Assembly: GCA_965285935.1 (NCBI GenBank)
Contig: OZ260666.1
Span: forward strand, 7,130,001 to 7,194,000
Source: Ophelia neglecta
Taxonomy: Eukaryota
Direction: 5' to 3'
DNA length: 64,000 nt
In this document: in pieces, positions 51,101-62,200 of the stretch
Position numbering within the stretch: the stretch's first letter is position 1
Layout: the number at the start of each line of letters is the position of its first letter
Position numbers and translations under genes: made by a program
The notes under the pieces: model-generated
What the model was told of the DNA's origin: nothing
The model's input: the letters and a program-made list of their open reading frames with translations, nothing else
Database searches by the model: none

Positions 51101-54100
51101 GATTCCAGGAAGTTGATACCTTTTCCTCAGAGTGTTGCCACCGAGGGCGCTGATAACTGGAGGGACAAGTATCTACAGTACGCTGGGTGGTCCCGGACAG
51201 GAAACTCACTGGTACTCATACACTAATCTCATCAGTTTCCAAATATACAACTTCTGCTATAGTACTACTTCCCAGGTGCTCACTATTTTAATTTTTTCTA
51301 TTGCAGACGTTTATATTTGAGAACAACCTGTACTACCAGTCGGATCCGTTCACTACTCCGACCCAGGTCACACAGACTGGAGTAGTGGGGCTGGTCTATA
51401 ATGGCCTACCAGACTGGCTGTACGAAGGTTAGAAAGTAAAATTTAAGTCGACAACACCTAAAATACTCATCCAGAAATTGTTTGGGACTGGGGGAGGCTG
51501 GGGAAGGGTAGATACCCATTACCATAAGGGCCCTTAGGTCCAAACTCCTCCCCTGAAAGAGTCAGACTGTGCCATGCCCTTTTTAGGGAGAGGCTGGCGC
51601 CCCTCAATAAAATATTTGTATCCCACGGTTTGAAGAGAGACACGGAAATATTCTGAATATTCTGGTTTCACATTGTCATGACATTAATAATTTCAATTTG
51701 AAAACAAAATAAATGAATAGTTTCACTTGATCTTATTAAATGAACAAAAAAAGTCCATTTTTGTGCCTCCAGAGGAGATCCTGAAGAGTAATTCTGCCCA
51801 CTGGTGGTCTCCTAACGGTGATTTCATTGTTTATGCAAAGATTGACGACCGTCAGTTGCCGCTGTATGAGTTTCAGCGGTTTGGAGAAGGCACCAATATC
51901 TACGGAGACATCGACGGCCTGCCATACCCTAAGGTACGTATACTACTTTAACCTAATACTTTAACCTTTGAAATGAGAAATATTCGGAAACAGGAATATT
52001 CTCAATTTTGGCAAGTACCACCAATTGAGCGAATATTTCTTGTGGCAGGACTACCCCTTCAGTTAATTAATACGTTCTCACTGATCCGCTGATAGGAAAC
52101 GTGCCAAATATAAGGCCGAATTCCAAAATGATGTGCCTTTCTTGTTCCAAACATATTGTGTTTTACATTATATGCACTGGTCTGAGTTTATACTCTAACT
52201 GCTCTAATTACTGAATTGGGTCTTAACGATCAATAAATTTTGATGAGCTTGTTGATTCAGGTCAAACAATTACCATGGGCATGTGCTAGTAAAATATATA
52301 CTGTTGGCAATCTTAAACTAACAATTAAATGGGTCAGGTCCCGTGCGAACATATCAGTAAACATGTGAAGGGAAGATGCTGAGAATACTGATTTGAACTG
52401 GAATTCACCTTAACTTACCTTAAATTTTGATTAACTAAATTGTTTCAAACTTAATTGCTACTTTAAAAAGATGTTTACCAAATATTCGCATACACATAAT
52501 AATATTTATATTATACTGACTGTATGAGTATCACGATAGCACACACCCTGTCTATTTGTCGAGTATAACAGGTACAGTTTTTTGTTTTTATTTCAGGCAG
52601 GGGACCTCCGAGACAGGGTACTACCCATAGTTCAGTTGTACTTGGTGAGCACAGTCGATTCCCGGGCACCTCACAAGGAACTCCAGGCTCCAGACTTCAG
52701 AGGACAGTCAGTGTGGAGTTATTATGTTGTAGATATGTTCAGTTATATTAATTAATGGCAATAGAGATTAATAGTTTGATTGTTCATTATTTCATTATTA
52801 ATCACAGTGGATTGGAAGACTATTCTTGCAATGTCCGCCCTTAGACTTGTCTACCGTATTAAGATTATAGCTAGGTCCTATTAGGGCCATGATGACATAA
52901 TTTATTAAGTAAGCAACTTACCACGGAAATTTTATCAATCACATTTTGTCATAGAGATGAATAGTTTGATGCCCTGCATTGTTCAGTATTTCATCATTAA
53001 TCACAGTAGATTAGGAAAATTATTCTTGCAATGTCCGCGCTTAGACTTGTCCACCATATTAAACTTATACCAAGGTCCTATTAGGGGCAAGATCACATCA
53101 ATTATTTAGTAAGCAACTGATCAGATAATTTTACCAATCTCATCATGACATATTAAAAATAACATCAGGAGTATATCAAGTTTAGAAAAATAACATCAGG
53201 AGTATATCAAGTTTAGAGTTATATCACAGATGTAGTTCATTCTAGGTCAGGGTCATGTAAGTGTTAAGTCCAAGTCATATCGAGACCAGGGTAATATTCA
53301 TGTTATTTCTGGTTCATCTACAGGTCAGGGTCTTATAACTGTTATATGTGTTATATGAAGGTCAAAGTTATTTCAGCCAGAGAGGAGTTTGTGTGTGGGG
53401 GTGGGGGTGTTGGGTTGGGGTACGCTCCCTGTTATTGTTACTGTTCTGTTTTTCATTTACTACTATCCATCTTATGAATAATTCCGTTCCTTTTTTCTTT
53501 AGAGAATACTACTTGACCAATGTGACTTGGCAGGACAACAGCCATTTGTTGGTGTCCTGGATAAACCGTGCCCAGAATTGGAGCATCAACATTCTGTGTG
53601 ACGCCGTAGATGCTGTCTGCTACTTCAACACAGAGGACTACAGCAAGGGAGGAACAGGATGGGTGGAATATGTAAGTAGTAAGGAATGAGGTGGAAGTTA
53701 TTTGTAAGTAGTAAGACACGGGATTATTGAAAAAGGTGTAAGGCTGGGCGGTGGATATGTATGTGGTATGTAAGAAGGACATTTTCTCAGATTTTCGTGT
53801 AAACTTAGATGGACTATAGACTATTAAACCACTTTCTGCAGCTGTTAAGATGTTCATTTTACATTTTTTCTTTTCTTTCAGCCGTCAATAAGGTTTATAG
53901 AACGCGGCCAAACGTATCTCACAATAAAACCGGGACAAGACGGAACATCCGGGTTCTGGAAACACATCGCAATGGTGACAGCACCGGTATGTAACTCTAT
54001 CTGTGCTTGGCTAAAATTACCTGTGTTTATTGTGTAGTGAATTGTTTATGGAATTTCAAACCAACCGGCCACTTGGTTTATTAAATAATAGACATTTGGA

Positions 54101-57100
54101 ATCTTTCCACATGAATTCTCACATCCTGTGATCTACCATTTATTTCCTGTGCGCACCCAGCAGGCAGGCAAGACATAATAGTCAGCCTGCAAACTAATAC
54201 TGAACAGATTTATGAAGTATATAGTCTGAAGATTGCAATTTAATTTCTCATTTGACCACTTTTGAATGATTAATTGACCTAAATTTTGCTAAGTTGGGTC
54301 TTGTTTGGGATCAACTATTTTGTGCGTCAATGTTTTGAAAGGAATAAGTCGTTTTTATATAAATTGTTTTGGCATCCCCCAGGTAGGGACTCCCGGCGTC
54401 AAGACATTCATCACTCAAGGGACCTGGGACGTCACACAGATCGTCGGCTTCAACGAGGAAACAAAAACAGTGTAAGTTGTTTATTGTCATTTAAGGCTTA
54501 CCGGGTGAAATATACATGTTTAGGATAATGTACAGTATTATATGTATTGGGAAAACGAGATGACCCGAGGAATATCCAAGGCAAATATGCAAAGTTTAGA
54601 AGATTCCGCTCGTGTAGAAACCCATGGATTGTATAGAAAAATCACTGTGAACAAAAACATTTTGGAGATAATGTTTCATCATATAGGCATTTTTTATTAT
54701 AAAATTTCAAAAGGCTCTAAGTAGTCAGATGCCACCTTCTATTTGCACAAGAATTTCGGCGTTATGTTATGCTGGAGAGTGACAAAAAAAATTGTGTGGC
54801 AAATATAGAAACATCATTGATGGAGACAGAAGACTTCGAGAATTAATTCTGGTTATTTATGGACAATTACCATGAAAATTAACTTATTCCTTGCAAACTT
54901 TTGTGACGCGTGTTGTTAAGAGATATACGGAGTTTATTGTTTTAATTTATACTGTTAGTATGATCAGTTTAGTAAATGGGGATTCTTTCCAGTATGGTTG
55001 CCGCAAATAAATGTCCATGGCCTGTCTGTGATGAAAATGGTGCAGATCCGAAATAAATGTAAACATTGACTAGTTTCTTGTTGGCACTATCATAAACTCA
55101 ACATGCAATAATGGCTAGTGTCAACTTTTGCATCATTAAGACGTGTGGTACACGCGAAATAATAGGCTTATATCAGCACATACACTTTCTTGTTAATGAC
55201 AAAAAGTGTCTTTTTAATGTTACATCAGAAAGTGTTTTCTCTGAAAAACCCAATTCTGGGGGGTTAAGTTTGCACATGGAGACATGTTTGAATATAGAGT
55301 GGCCCCCAGGGAAAGGACGAAATGTGTTTATTAATCCATATTTGGCTCTCCCTTTCCAGTTACTTCATTAGTACTAACATGGACCCGAGGAGGCGGCACC
55401 TGTTCAGTGTAACCATTCCTGACCGCGACGTCGCCATTCGATCCCCTCAATGCATCACCTGTCACTTCCCAGACGACTGCCAATACGTCAGCGCCACATT
55501 CAGTCACAGTGGAAAGTACTATATACTCAACTGTCAGGGGCCAGGTATCCCGACCTACACCTTGTACAGTGCGGAAACAGGCGGAGGTCAGTAGTATCAC
55601 CCTCTATTGTATGTAAACATGCGGAGCTTAGTAGTGTACGGCCTTTATAGTACAGATATATGTGGTTATTGGTGTTTGTATGAGCCATCTATAGTACAGA
55701 CCCTGGCGGATATTAGTTTTTGCACTATCTTTAGTATGAAATCAGGCGGAGGTTAGTAGTATACAAACTCAAATGCTCACAGGTAAGGGAATGATGAGAG
55801 AGTTTGTTTTATGGGGGCGGGGGGAGGGGGTCTGGTGGCCGAGGATGATTCCCCGTCCGTAGGGAACAGCCATCCAACAACTTTAATTCTTGCTTGGGGT
55901 AACGACGCTTTATCAAACATTGTTTTTAAACCGCAATTCGTGATATGTTCTTGATCCGTGGAGATGCTTTGGTGGATGTGATGCACGTGTCCTTGGCCAT
56001 GCATTGTCATCAGCACTCAAGCCTGTGTTCTATTGTCTGCTACTGTATCCCAAACTAAGGCGGCCACGTTACCCTCGACATGATGCACAAGCTGGCCTTC
56101 CAGCTTATATGGTCTCTTATCTTCCACTGACTCTATTGAATGTATTTTTCAGAGATTATGTTGGAAGACAATCACGAATTTGCATCTCGCATCGGGAAGA
56201 AGGCACTGCCCCCTATTGAGTATTACGAAGTGGAAACTGAGGACGGAGAAAGTAAGTCACTCATAGAGCAAAATACTATATTCAGAGTACATCTCTAACC
56301 GAGGCAGATGTCCAATTAACGCTTTCAGTACCTGAAAAAAGTATTTGCTTCGAAAAAGAGTGATATAATTTATGTTCATGCCTGTTTGTCATGTGATTCT
56401 GTTCAGTTTCGTTTTTGTATTTTCAGGTATATGGGTAAAGGTGTTACTGCCTCCTGTGTTAAACAAGGATCATATCACCCTCTACCCAGTCCTCGTCCAT
56501 GTGTAAGTAGTATAAATGTACTCAATGTCCATTCGTAAATAGTATAGCTCTCTACTCGGTGCGTGTCTAGGTGAAAGTAGTACAGCTCGTTATCAAGTCC
56601 ATGCTCGTGTGTAAATAGCATCGCTATCTACTCGATCCATGGTAAGTGAATTGTAATTCTGTTCCCAGTGCCCACCAGTGTGTCAGTATAACTATCTACC
56701 CAATCCATGTGTAGGTAGTATATCTCTCTACCCTGTCATAATCTATGTGCTGAAAGTATTAAAAGAGTTGGCAGAATCTATATATCTGGTACTATATTAT
56801 TCCATGTCAGTGCTATTATTGTTTTTACCTTTGTCCCAGGTATGGCGGCCCAGGCAGTCAGATGGTGACAGAACAGTTCCGTGTGGGATGGGAGACCTAC
56901 CTCACCAGCACGGCGAAGATAATCTGCGTGTTTGTGGATGGACGCGGGTCAGGAGGAAGGGGTGACAGGTGGGCTCAAAGTATCTGATGGGAATGGTTTG
57001 GATGACTCAGCTAGCAGACCAATATTATATAAATAAATATATAAACATATATATATTAACATATATATATATAAATATATATATATATACATATCGATAC

Positions 57101-59266
57101 TTCCAGATTCCTGCATTCCATATACCGTAAGCTGGGAACCGTGGAGGTGCAGGATACTATCGCTGGGGGGCGCTTTGTACGGGACTCGTTCTCCTTCGTT
57201 GATGCGGAGAGAGTCGCCATCTGGGGCTGGGTAAGTCTCTTATCATCTGACATTTCTTGTCTGAGGCTGAAAATATTCGATTTCCCGCCTATGTTTGGAG
57301 AGATAATCAGTCCAATCATTTATGTGGTATTGTGTAGGCCATTCGACAAATCTATTTACACCATATCTCTGTACATTTCAGTCATTTGGGGGTTTTGTGG
57401 CGGCCCACGCGGTCGGAGACCCAGACTCGGTGTTTACCTGCGGTATATCAGTAGCCCCTGTGACAGACTGGAGATACTATGGTTGGTGCTTAGAAGTGTT
57501 ACACTTCTACTCAATTGCAACCAACATTCCTGCAAGGGAGATTTACTTAATGTCAATACAGAGAGAAAGAGTGGGGCAACTGTTTATTCATATTATGGCG
57601 ATTATTTCTAGGGCTAGTTAATATGTATTTTAGCAAAAGATAATTTGTTGCTTTCACTTCTCAGTACATTTCTTTACTTGTTTGTGTGTACCACATTTTT
57701 GGTGCAAGGTGCAAGCAGCTCTCTGCCAGTCTTACAAGTTCAGTAAAGCATCCCATTTTATTGATTTCAGACACAGCTTATGCAGAGAGATACATGGGCC
57801 TAGCCAATAGCAATGATAACTACAGGGGCTATGATGTAAGTAGATAAACCGATATCAATGCTTACATCTAAACTCATATAAACTGGGTGGTTGTGGTGCG
57901 TAATGATGGGTTCCTCCCGTTTTTAATTCCTGAAGACTTGAAAAATATGCCTCGAATAATGATGTTACAGGTTTGTCTGAATAAAGGCCTACTATGTTTT
58001 ATTGGCAATAACTGTTGTAAGGCATGAGAAACGCAACTATATATTACAAATTTTGGTCGGATTTCCATACAAGTCAGATTCATCACTAAGATGATGATAA
58101 AAGTATCAGATGATGGTACAGAGTTTATTTCTTTCAGGTAAAAGTAAAAGAGACTTTATCTTTCTTCCAGAATGCCAATGTGTCTCGGAAGGCCTCACAC
58201 TTCAAAGGAAAAGACTTTATGTTAATACATGGCACAGCTGATGGTAAGGCGCCGTTTGAACAGATACAATTCTAAATACATACTTCACTCATAAATGTTT
58301 TATTGTAGTTAATAGACAATCTTAAAAAAAGAGGTAACATCAATGTCGAAAGTCGACAAATATAATTCTTTAATTTTTCATGAACTTTGCCCGAAATTCT
58401 TGTCAATTTCCACCCCAACAAATTTTCCTGAACTCCAAACGATCCCCGGTATCAGTGATGATATTATGTGTTTTCTCCGCTTTCAGACAATGTACATTTC
58501 CAGCATTCTGCTCAACTCGCTAAAGCCCTGACAGCAGCGGATGTAGACTTTAGAATTCATGTAAGTTGTCATGCCAACACAGTAAAACATCAATAATGAA
58601 ACGTGGGTTTGTGGATGTCCCGCAGTCAAAGAAGAGTCTTTAATAAAGAATAGTACATTAGATCTGTCTATAATAACCAGAAACTACATGCGCCAGGCTG
58701 ATACCTATCAATCCCCAGATCTCAAATAATAGATAAGTTTGAAGTGCAAATTAAGATTGAATGGAAAAGGCTTATTATAGGTAAGGATCGAAATTATGAT
58801 ATTAAGAAATCATATAGTCATTTCTTTTACGTACTGGTTATGCTCAATTAATTATTGCTGACAAATGTTTACTGCAGATGCCCAGCACTTGTGTTAGAAT
58901 ATATATATATATGGGAAATGTGACGTTGTGGCCATATCATAAAATAATTATTGAGTTTTATCATGCATCATAAAAGCTACCATTTACAATAGACGACTTA
59001 AAATTCAGTCAATCACGGATGACATATGCTATTGATTCAAAGTTAAATTACACAAACAAATACTTTTGCCGACACTGTTATGATATTATATAAACGTGTC
59101 CTTTATGTTACAGGTATACACAGATAAAAACCATGGCCTGTCTGGTTCACACACGCGGCACCACCTGTACAAAATGATGACCAACCACCTCAAACAATAC
59201 TGCTGGAAGGGGGGCAAGCCACGGCAGCTGAAGGGAGGCGCCATGGAAGATGTCTTAGAGCAGTAG
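44989..59266 (+). CDS. DPP6/DPP10-like: Spliced gene: DPP6/DPP10-like type II membrane dipeptidyl peptidase (DPP4/S9B family), 22 coding exons here, first exon upstream; catalytic triad intact
   Basis: Exons 44989-45103, 49341-49436, 49810-49907, 50532-50606, 50804-50868, 51109-51211, 51307-51427, 51773-51933, 52597-52706, 53503-53671, 53882-53986, 54383-54471, 55360-55586, 56153-56251, 56427-56502, 56840-56968, 57107-57230, 57382-57481, 57771-57835, 58171-58243, 58487-58560, 59114-59266. All are GT-AG with matching phases and total 2427 nt. Motifs: [25 protein letters not shown] (DPP6/10 juxtamembrane plus TM), FRHSF, DWLYEEE, YPKAG, VYGGPGSQ, DGRGSG, GWSFGG, HGTADDNVH, YTDKNHG. Confidence 0.95.
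45857..46795 (+). repeat. Dispersed ~0.9 kb element, copy 2 (direct orientation)
   Basis: Diverged copy of 39128-40000. Confidence 0.85.
48185..48745. repeat. 20-bp / 39-bp related minisatellite
   Basis: gagtcggtatccgtgacct.. grading into cctagagtcggtatccgaggtctacaatctatatccagc. Confidence 0.85.
49341..49436 (+). CDS. DPP6/10-like exon ([32 protein letters not shown])
   Basis: tgtgttccag / gtaggt, 96 nt, phase 1-1. Confidence 0.88.
49810..49907 (+). CDS. DPP6/10-like exon ([33 protein letters not shown])
   Basis: ttgttacag / gtaagg, phase 1-0. Confidence 0.9.
50532..50606 (+). CDS. DPP6/10-like exon ([25 protein letters not shown])
   Basis: gtttcag / gtgagt, phase 0-0. Confidence 0.9.
50804..50868 (+). 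CDS. DPP6/10-like exon ([21 protein letters not shown])
   Basis: tcttttcag / gtgagt; carries the RHS motif (DPP4 Arg125 equivalent). Confidence 0.92.
51109..51211 (+). CDS. DPP6/10-like exon (KLIPFPQ...[13 protein letters not shown])
   Basis: gattccag / gtactc, phase 2-0; LQYAxW propeller motif. Confidence 0.88.
51307..51427 (+). CDS. DPP6/10-like exon ([10 protein letters not shown]...NGLPDWLYE)
   Basis: ctattgcag / gttaga; FENNLYY and NGxPDWxYE motifs. Confidence 0.93.
51773..51933 (+). CDS. DPP6/10-like exon ([16 protein letters not shown]...LPYPK)
   Basis: gtgcctccag / gtacgt; completes DWLYEEE; WWSPxG and YPK motifs. Confidence 0.95.
52597..52706 (+). CDS. DPP6/10-like exon ([18 protein letters not shown]...PDFRG)
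   Basis: ttttatttcag / gtcagt; completes YPK-AG. Confidence 0.88.
52762..53217. repeat. Intronic ~190-bp tandem dimer plus 31-bp dimer
   Basis: atagagat.aatagtttgat...tattcttgcaatgtccgc.cttagacttgtc...aggtcctattaggg twice; aaaaataacatcaggagtatatcaagtttag twice. Confidence 0.8.
53503..53671 (+). CDS. DPP6/10-like exon (EYYLTNVTW...WINRAQN...GWVEY)
   Basis: ttttctttag / gtaagt; WxNRxQN motif. Confidence 0.93.
53882..53986 (+). CDS. DPP6/10-like exon ([35 protein letters not shown])
   Basis: ttttctttcag / gtatgt, phase 0-0. Confidence 0.88.
54383..54471 (+). CDS. DPP6/10-like exon ([30 protein letters not shown])
   Basis: catcccccag / gtaagt; ITxGxWDV motif. Confidence 0.9.
55360..55586 (+). 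CDS. DPP6/10-like exon ([17 protein letters not shown]...CQGPGIP...ETGG)
   Basis: cctttccag / gtcagt; Cys-rich propeller region with CxGPGxP. Confidence 0.94.
56153..56251 (+). CDS. DPP6/10-like exon ([32 protein letters not shown])
   Basis: atttttcag / gtaagt; LEDN motif. Confidence 0.9.
56427..56502 (+). CDS. DPP6/10-like exon ([24 protein letters not shown])
   Basis: gtattttcag / gtaagt; LPP...YPxL motif. Confidence 0.92.
56840..56968 (+). CDS. DPP6/10-like exon (YGGPGSQMV...[11 protein letters not shown])
   Basis: ttgtcccag / gtgggc; YGGPGSQ and DGRGSG motifs. Confidence 0.95.
57025..57093. repeat. (AT)n microsatellite
   Basis: Imperfect AT run ending about 13 nt before the 57107 exon. 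Confidence 0.85.
57107..57230 (+). CDS. DPP6/10-like exon ([16 protein letters not shown]...RVAIWGW)
   Basis: acttccag / gtaagt; ends at GW of the nucleophile elbow. Confidence 0.95.
57382..57481 (+). CDS. DPP6/10-like exon beginning with the catalytic Ser (SFGGFVAAH...APVTDWRYY)
   Basis: acatttcag / gttggt; TCA (Ser) at 57382-57384; GW|S split by an intron, as in DPP4-family genes. Confidence 0.95.
57771..57835 (+). CDS. DPP6/10-like exon ([22 protein letters not shown])
   Basis: ttgatttcag / gtaagt; YxERYMG motif. Confidence 0.94.
58171..58243 (+). CDS. DPP6/10-like exon with catalytic Asp ([24 protein letters not shown])
   Basis: tttcttccag / gtaagg; HGTAD. Confidence 0.94.
58487..58560 (+). 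CDS. DPP6/10-like exon ([25 protein letters not shown])
   Basis: cgctttcag / gtaagt; DNVHFQ. Confidence 0.94.
59114..59266 (+). CDS. DPP6/10-like terminal coding exon with catalytic His (VYTDKNHGL...EDVLEQ*)
   Basis: atgttacag acceptor; His codon 59132-59134; TAG at 59264-59266. Confidence 0.93.
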   Translation, partial: VYTDKNHGLSGSHTRHHLYKMMTNHLKQYCWKGGKPRQLKGGAMEDVLEQ

Positions 59267-62200
59267 GAAAGTGACAGGGACAGGAGCGAGCCTGAGCCAT
59301 TGAAGGCGGGGGATAGGGTAGTTGTATGTGTAAAAGCACCAGGCAAATGTTACGGGAAGGCACAAGAATAAGAAACAAACGTCGGTTACCAGAAGGAAGT
59401 GGTCTCTGGAATGAAAGGACATCGGGGACCCATTGCTTAGGAGACTAGTGTTTGGGAGTATTGACGACTGTTAAGAATATAAAGCAAACCCCACAACTAA
59501 TGGTAGCTACATGGTGAAAGGGGGCAGTTGTAGGATACCAAGAAGAAGGAAACGAGGCCAATGTATTAGTCACCTACCGGGAAAGAAATGGAAACAATAT
59601 CCAAAGGGGGGAGTGTGATTCTCTCCCATTCAAAGCAAATATCAATAGGGAGTGTGTGATTAGTGCCCTATCAGGAAAGGAATGAAATATAGTTATTTAA
59701 AGAGCGAACTACGCAACTGGAGTAAAATTTTCACTATCTGTTGCGCAAATTATACCTTGTGTGAATGTTGTACACATAGATTACATATTGCCATTACTGC
59801 CTGCTAGAGTTTGAAGCTAGGCTATATCACTTTTATAACATTGTAGAACAGTTGATGATGCGAAGAAAACAAAGCGTTGTATTCTAACGTTGGACAAAGG
59901 AAAACCGTGTATTGTAGATGGCACATTAATTGACTTAATCTATGATAAAATACAATTTTGCCGGGTAATTTCTTCCCATAACCTAAGATTCTTCTTTGAT
60001 AACACACCTACGCCAATCCCCGAGGGAAGGTCTCCAAGAGGGCCAAGACCGTTCCTGGAAGGATAATCTACACCCTGAGGAAGGGTCTCCAAGTGGGTCG
60101 AGACCCCGTCTGAGATAACCCACCTACACCCACTCCCTGAGAGAAGGGCTTCAAGAGGGATAAGATGCGGTCTGGGAGGACACATTTACTCCTACTCCCT
60201 GAGGCAAGGCAAGATCACACCCCTTTCCTAAGACCGCTCCTTGTGAGAGGACAAACTCGCATTCCTTAAAAGTAAAAGCTGAACACCCCTTTGACCAATC
60301 CCTAATCCCCCCTAGCCCACCACCGTTAGATAAGCGCATAGTCAGGAAGAAAACTTGACTGCTGGTTGAAGAGAGTTTACAAATGTACAAGTCTTAATGT
60401 ATATACATAAGCTATTAGTAAAGTGTAAAATATAGCTATATAATGCACCGAAATAGGTCGTTACCATTTGTAAATAAAATTTGTATCAGTCACCACTGAG
60501 AGTAAATGTAATTGTATGAAAGTTGTTTGACAGCTCAATACGCGAGTGTAAGATTCTGTAAATCACAGAAATGTGAAATCGTGGACCTGTACTACTCTAT
60601 GAGTAGTATGGTTATGTATTCCCCGACAATTATGTTGTTTATATTCCTGAGTAGCAGCTTGTCATTATTTGTACATTTGTTTCTGTATAAAAGAGCAGAA
60701 GGTAGGAAGATAAGATATACAAGATAAGTTGACAACTTTGCTACTCAGGGAATCTGCTCTAAAAAATGGAAATTGATCGTAAACCATACAATCGTTCAAA
60801 TTCTTTGCATCATGGATGTCAGCTTTCCTTGACAGGTTCATATGTATTTTGGATCACTGGGCTAAGAATGTACACTCCTTGTTTCTCGAGTCAATCAATT
60901 TATTTCATTGAATATAGTAACTTAAATAGCTTAATCCATGCTTTAACAATACAATCAATGTAAAAAAAACCATTTTAGACAATCATTATAAAAGAACGGT
61001 AAAAATTCCTCCACAAAGTATCATGATTCCTGAATACAGCATTACCTCATAAATAACATGCTTAAGGCTTTAATAGTTCTATGTAGTTCACAAACATTGA
61101 ACTAATGGAATCTGACTTAGTAGTATAAGGAGCTGTTAATAAGTACTGCGATCGTATGTGTGTCAGGTTTGAATACTTCTTGTTGAAATGTTCATTTACT
61201 TTAGAATCTCACTAGAGGGCTTCCTGTGGTGTAAATATTTTTCCTGAAGTATAACCGTTCAGTATTTATCACTTTAATTATTATTGATTTATAAATTGCT
61301 ATAACATTTTTTACTGTATTATGGGTACATCAAACGTTGCTTGTGATACATTATTAGCATATGACCCATCACGCGAGCCTGGGTGAACCAGTCATGGGTT
61401 ACAACAGGAATCGATATTAACAGAAATGTGATTCGAATACATTTGAATTGATCTACATGTCTCAGAAATTAAAACAATATTCATAAATTTTCATAATATA
61501 TGTGTACTTTAATATTTCATGATGTTCAGGCAATTTATATAATATGTATATATAGGGAGATATGTACTATATTTGACAGTTTAACAGATTCAAGTTATAC
61601 GCCAATCTGTATCTTATCACACATTACTGGTGTTGATCTATGTGTTATGCTGATTGGCTGTATGTCTATTATAGTTGCAATAAGGACCAATCAGGAAATT
61701 CGGCGATGCATTATTATTTTTTCTTTCTCTTGACTCTTTCTCTGACGAATCATATAACGCCTATTTGTTTAAACGAGGCCAACAACCATGTCTTACACAA
61801 TCCACCAAGCAATGTATTATACTTTAGTCGATCCGACGAAATTACGTTCGCAATAAATTATTACAAGAATCTGTTTACAATAACAATCCGCTTGTTTTGA
61901 AAAGTGGAAATAAACCCCTTGCCTGAGATTGATAGAGCTGTCACCTTCTTCACGCACGTAATTGCCAAGGCCTAATAGCATGTGATCGGAACATAGCTCA
62001 ATAACAGACAGCTGGTCTAACTGGGCATTTATTTGTCTTTTTGGACCAAAGCGTACCATCGTTTCCAAGAGTACATAGCTGTGCTTGTAAAAATGGTATC
62101 ATGACACCTTAGAAAATAAGGTTGCATATCTCTGAGAACTGCTCACAAATAAATGGACCAATAGAATACGGGGCTCGTGTTATGTGCCTGACGGGCATTT

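Noticed and set aside
44916-59378. Minus-strand ORFs overlapping exons (44916-45098, 48935-49381, 53453-53857, 55331-55600, 59086-59346)
   Set aside because: Antisense shadows of the + strand exons with no independent support.
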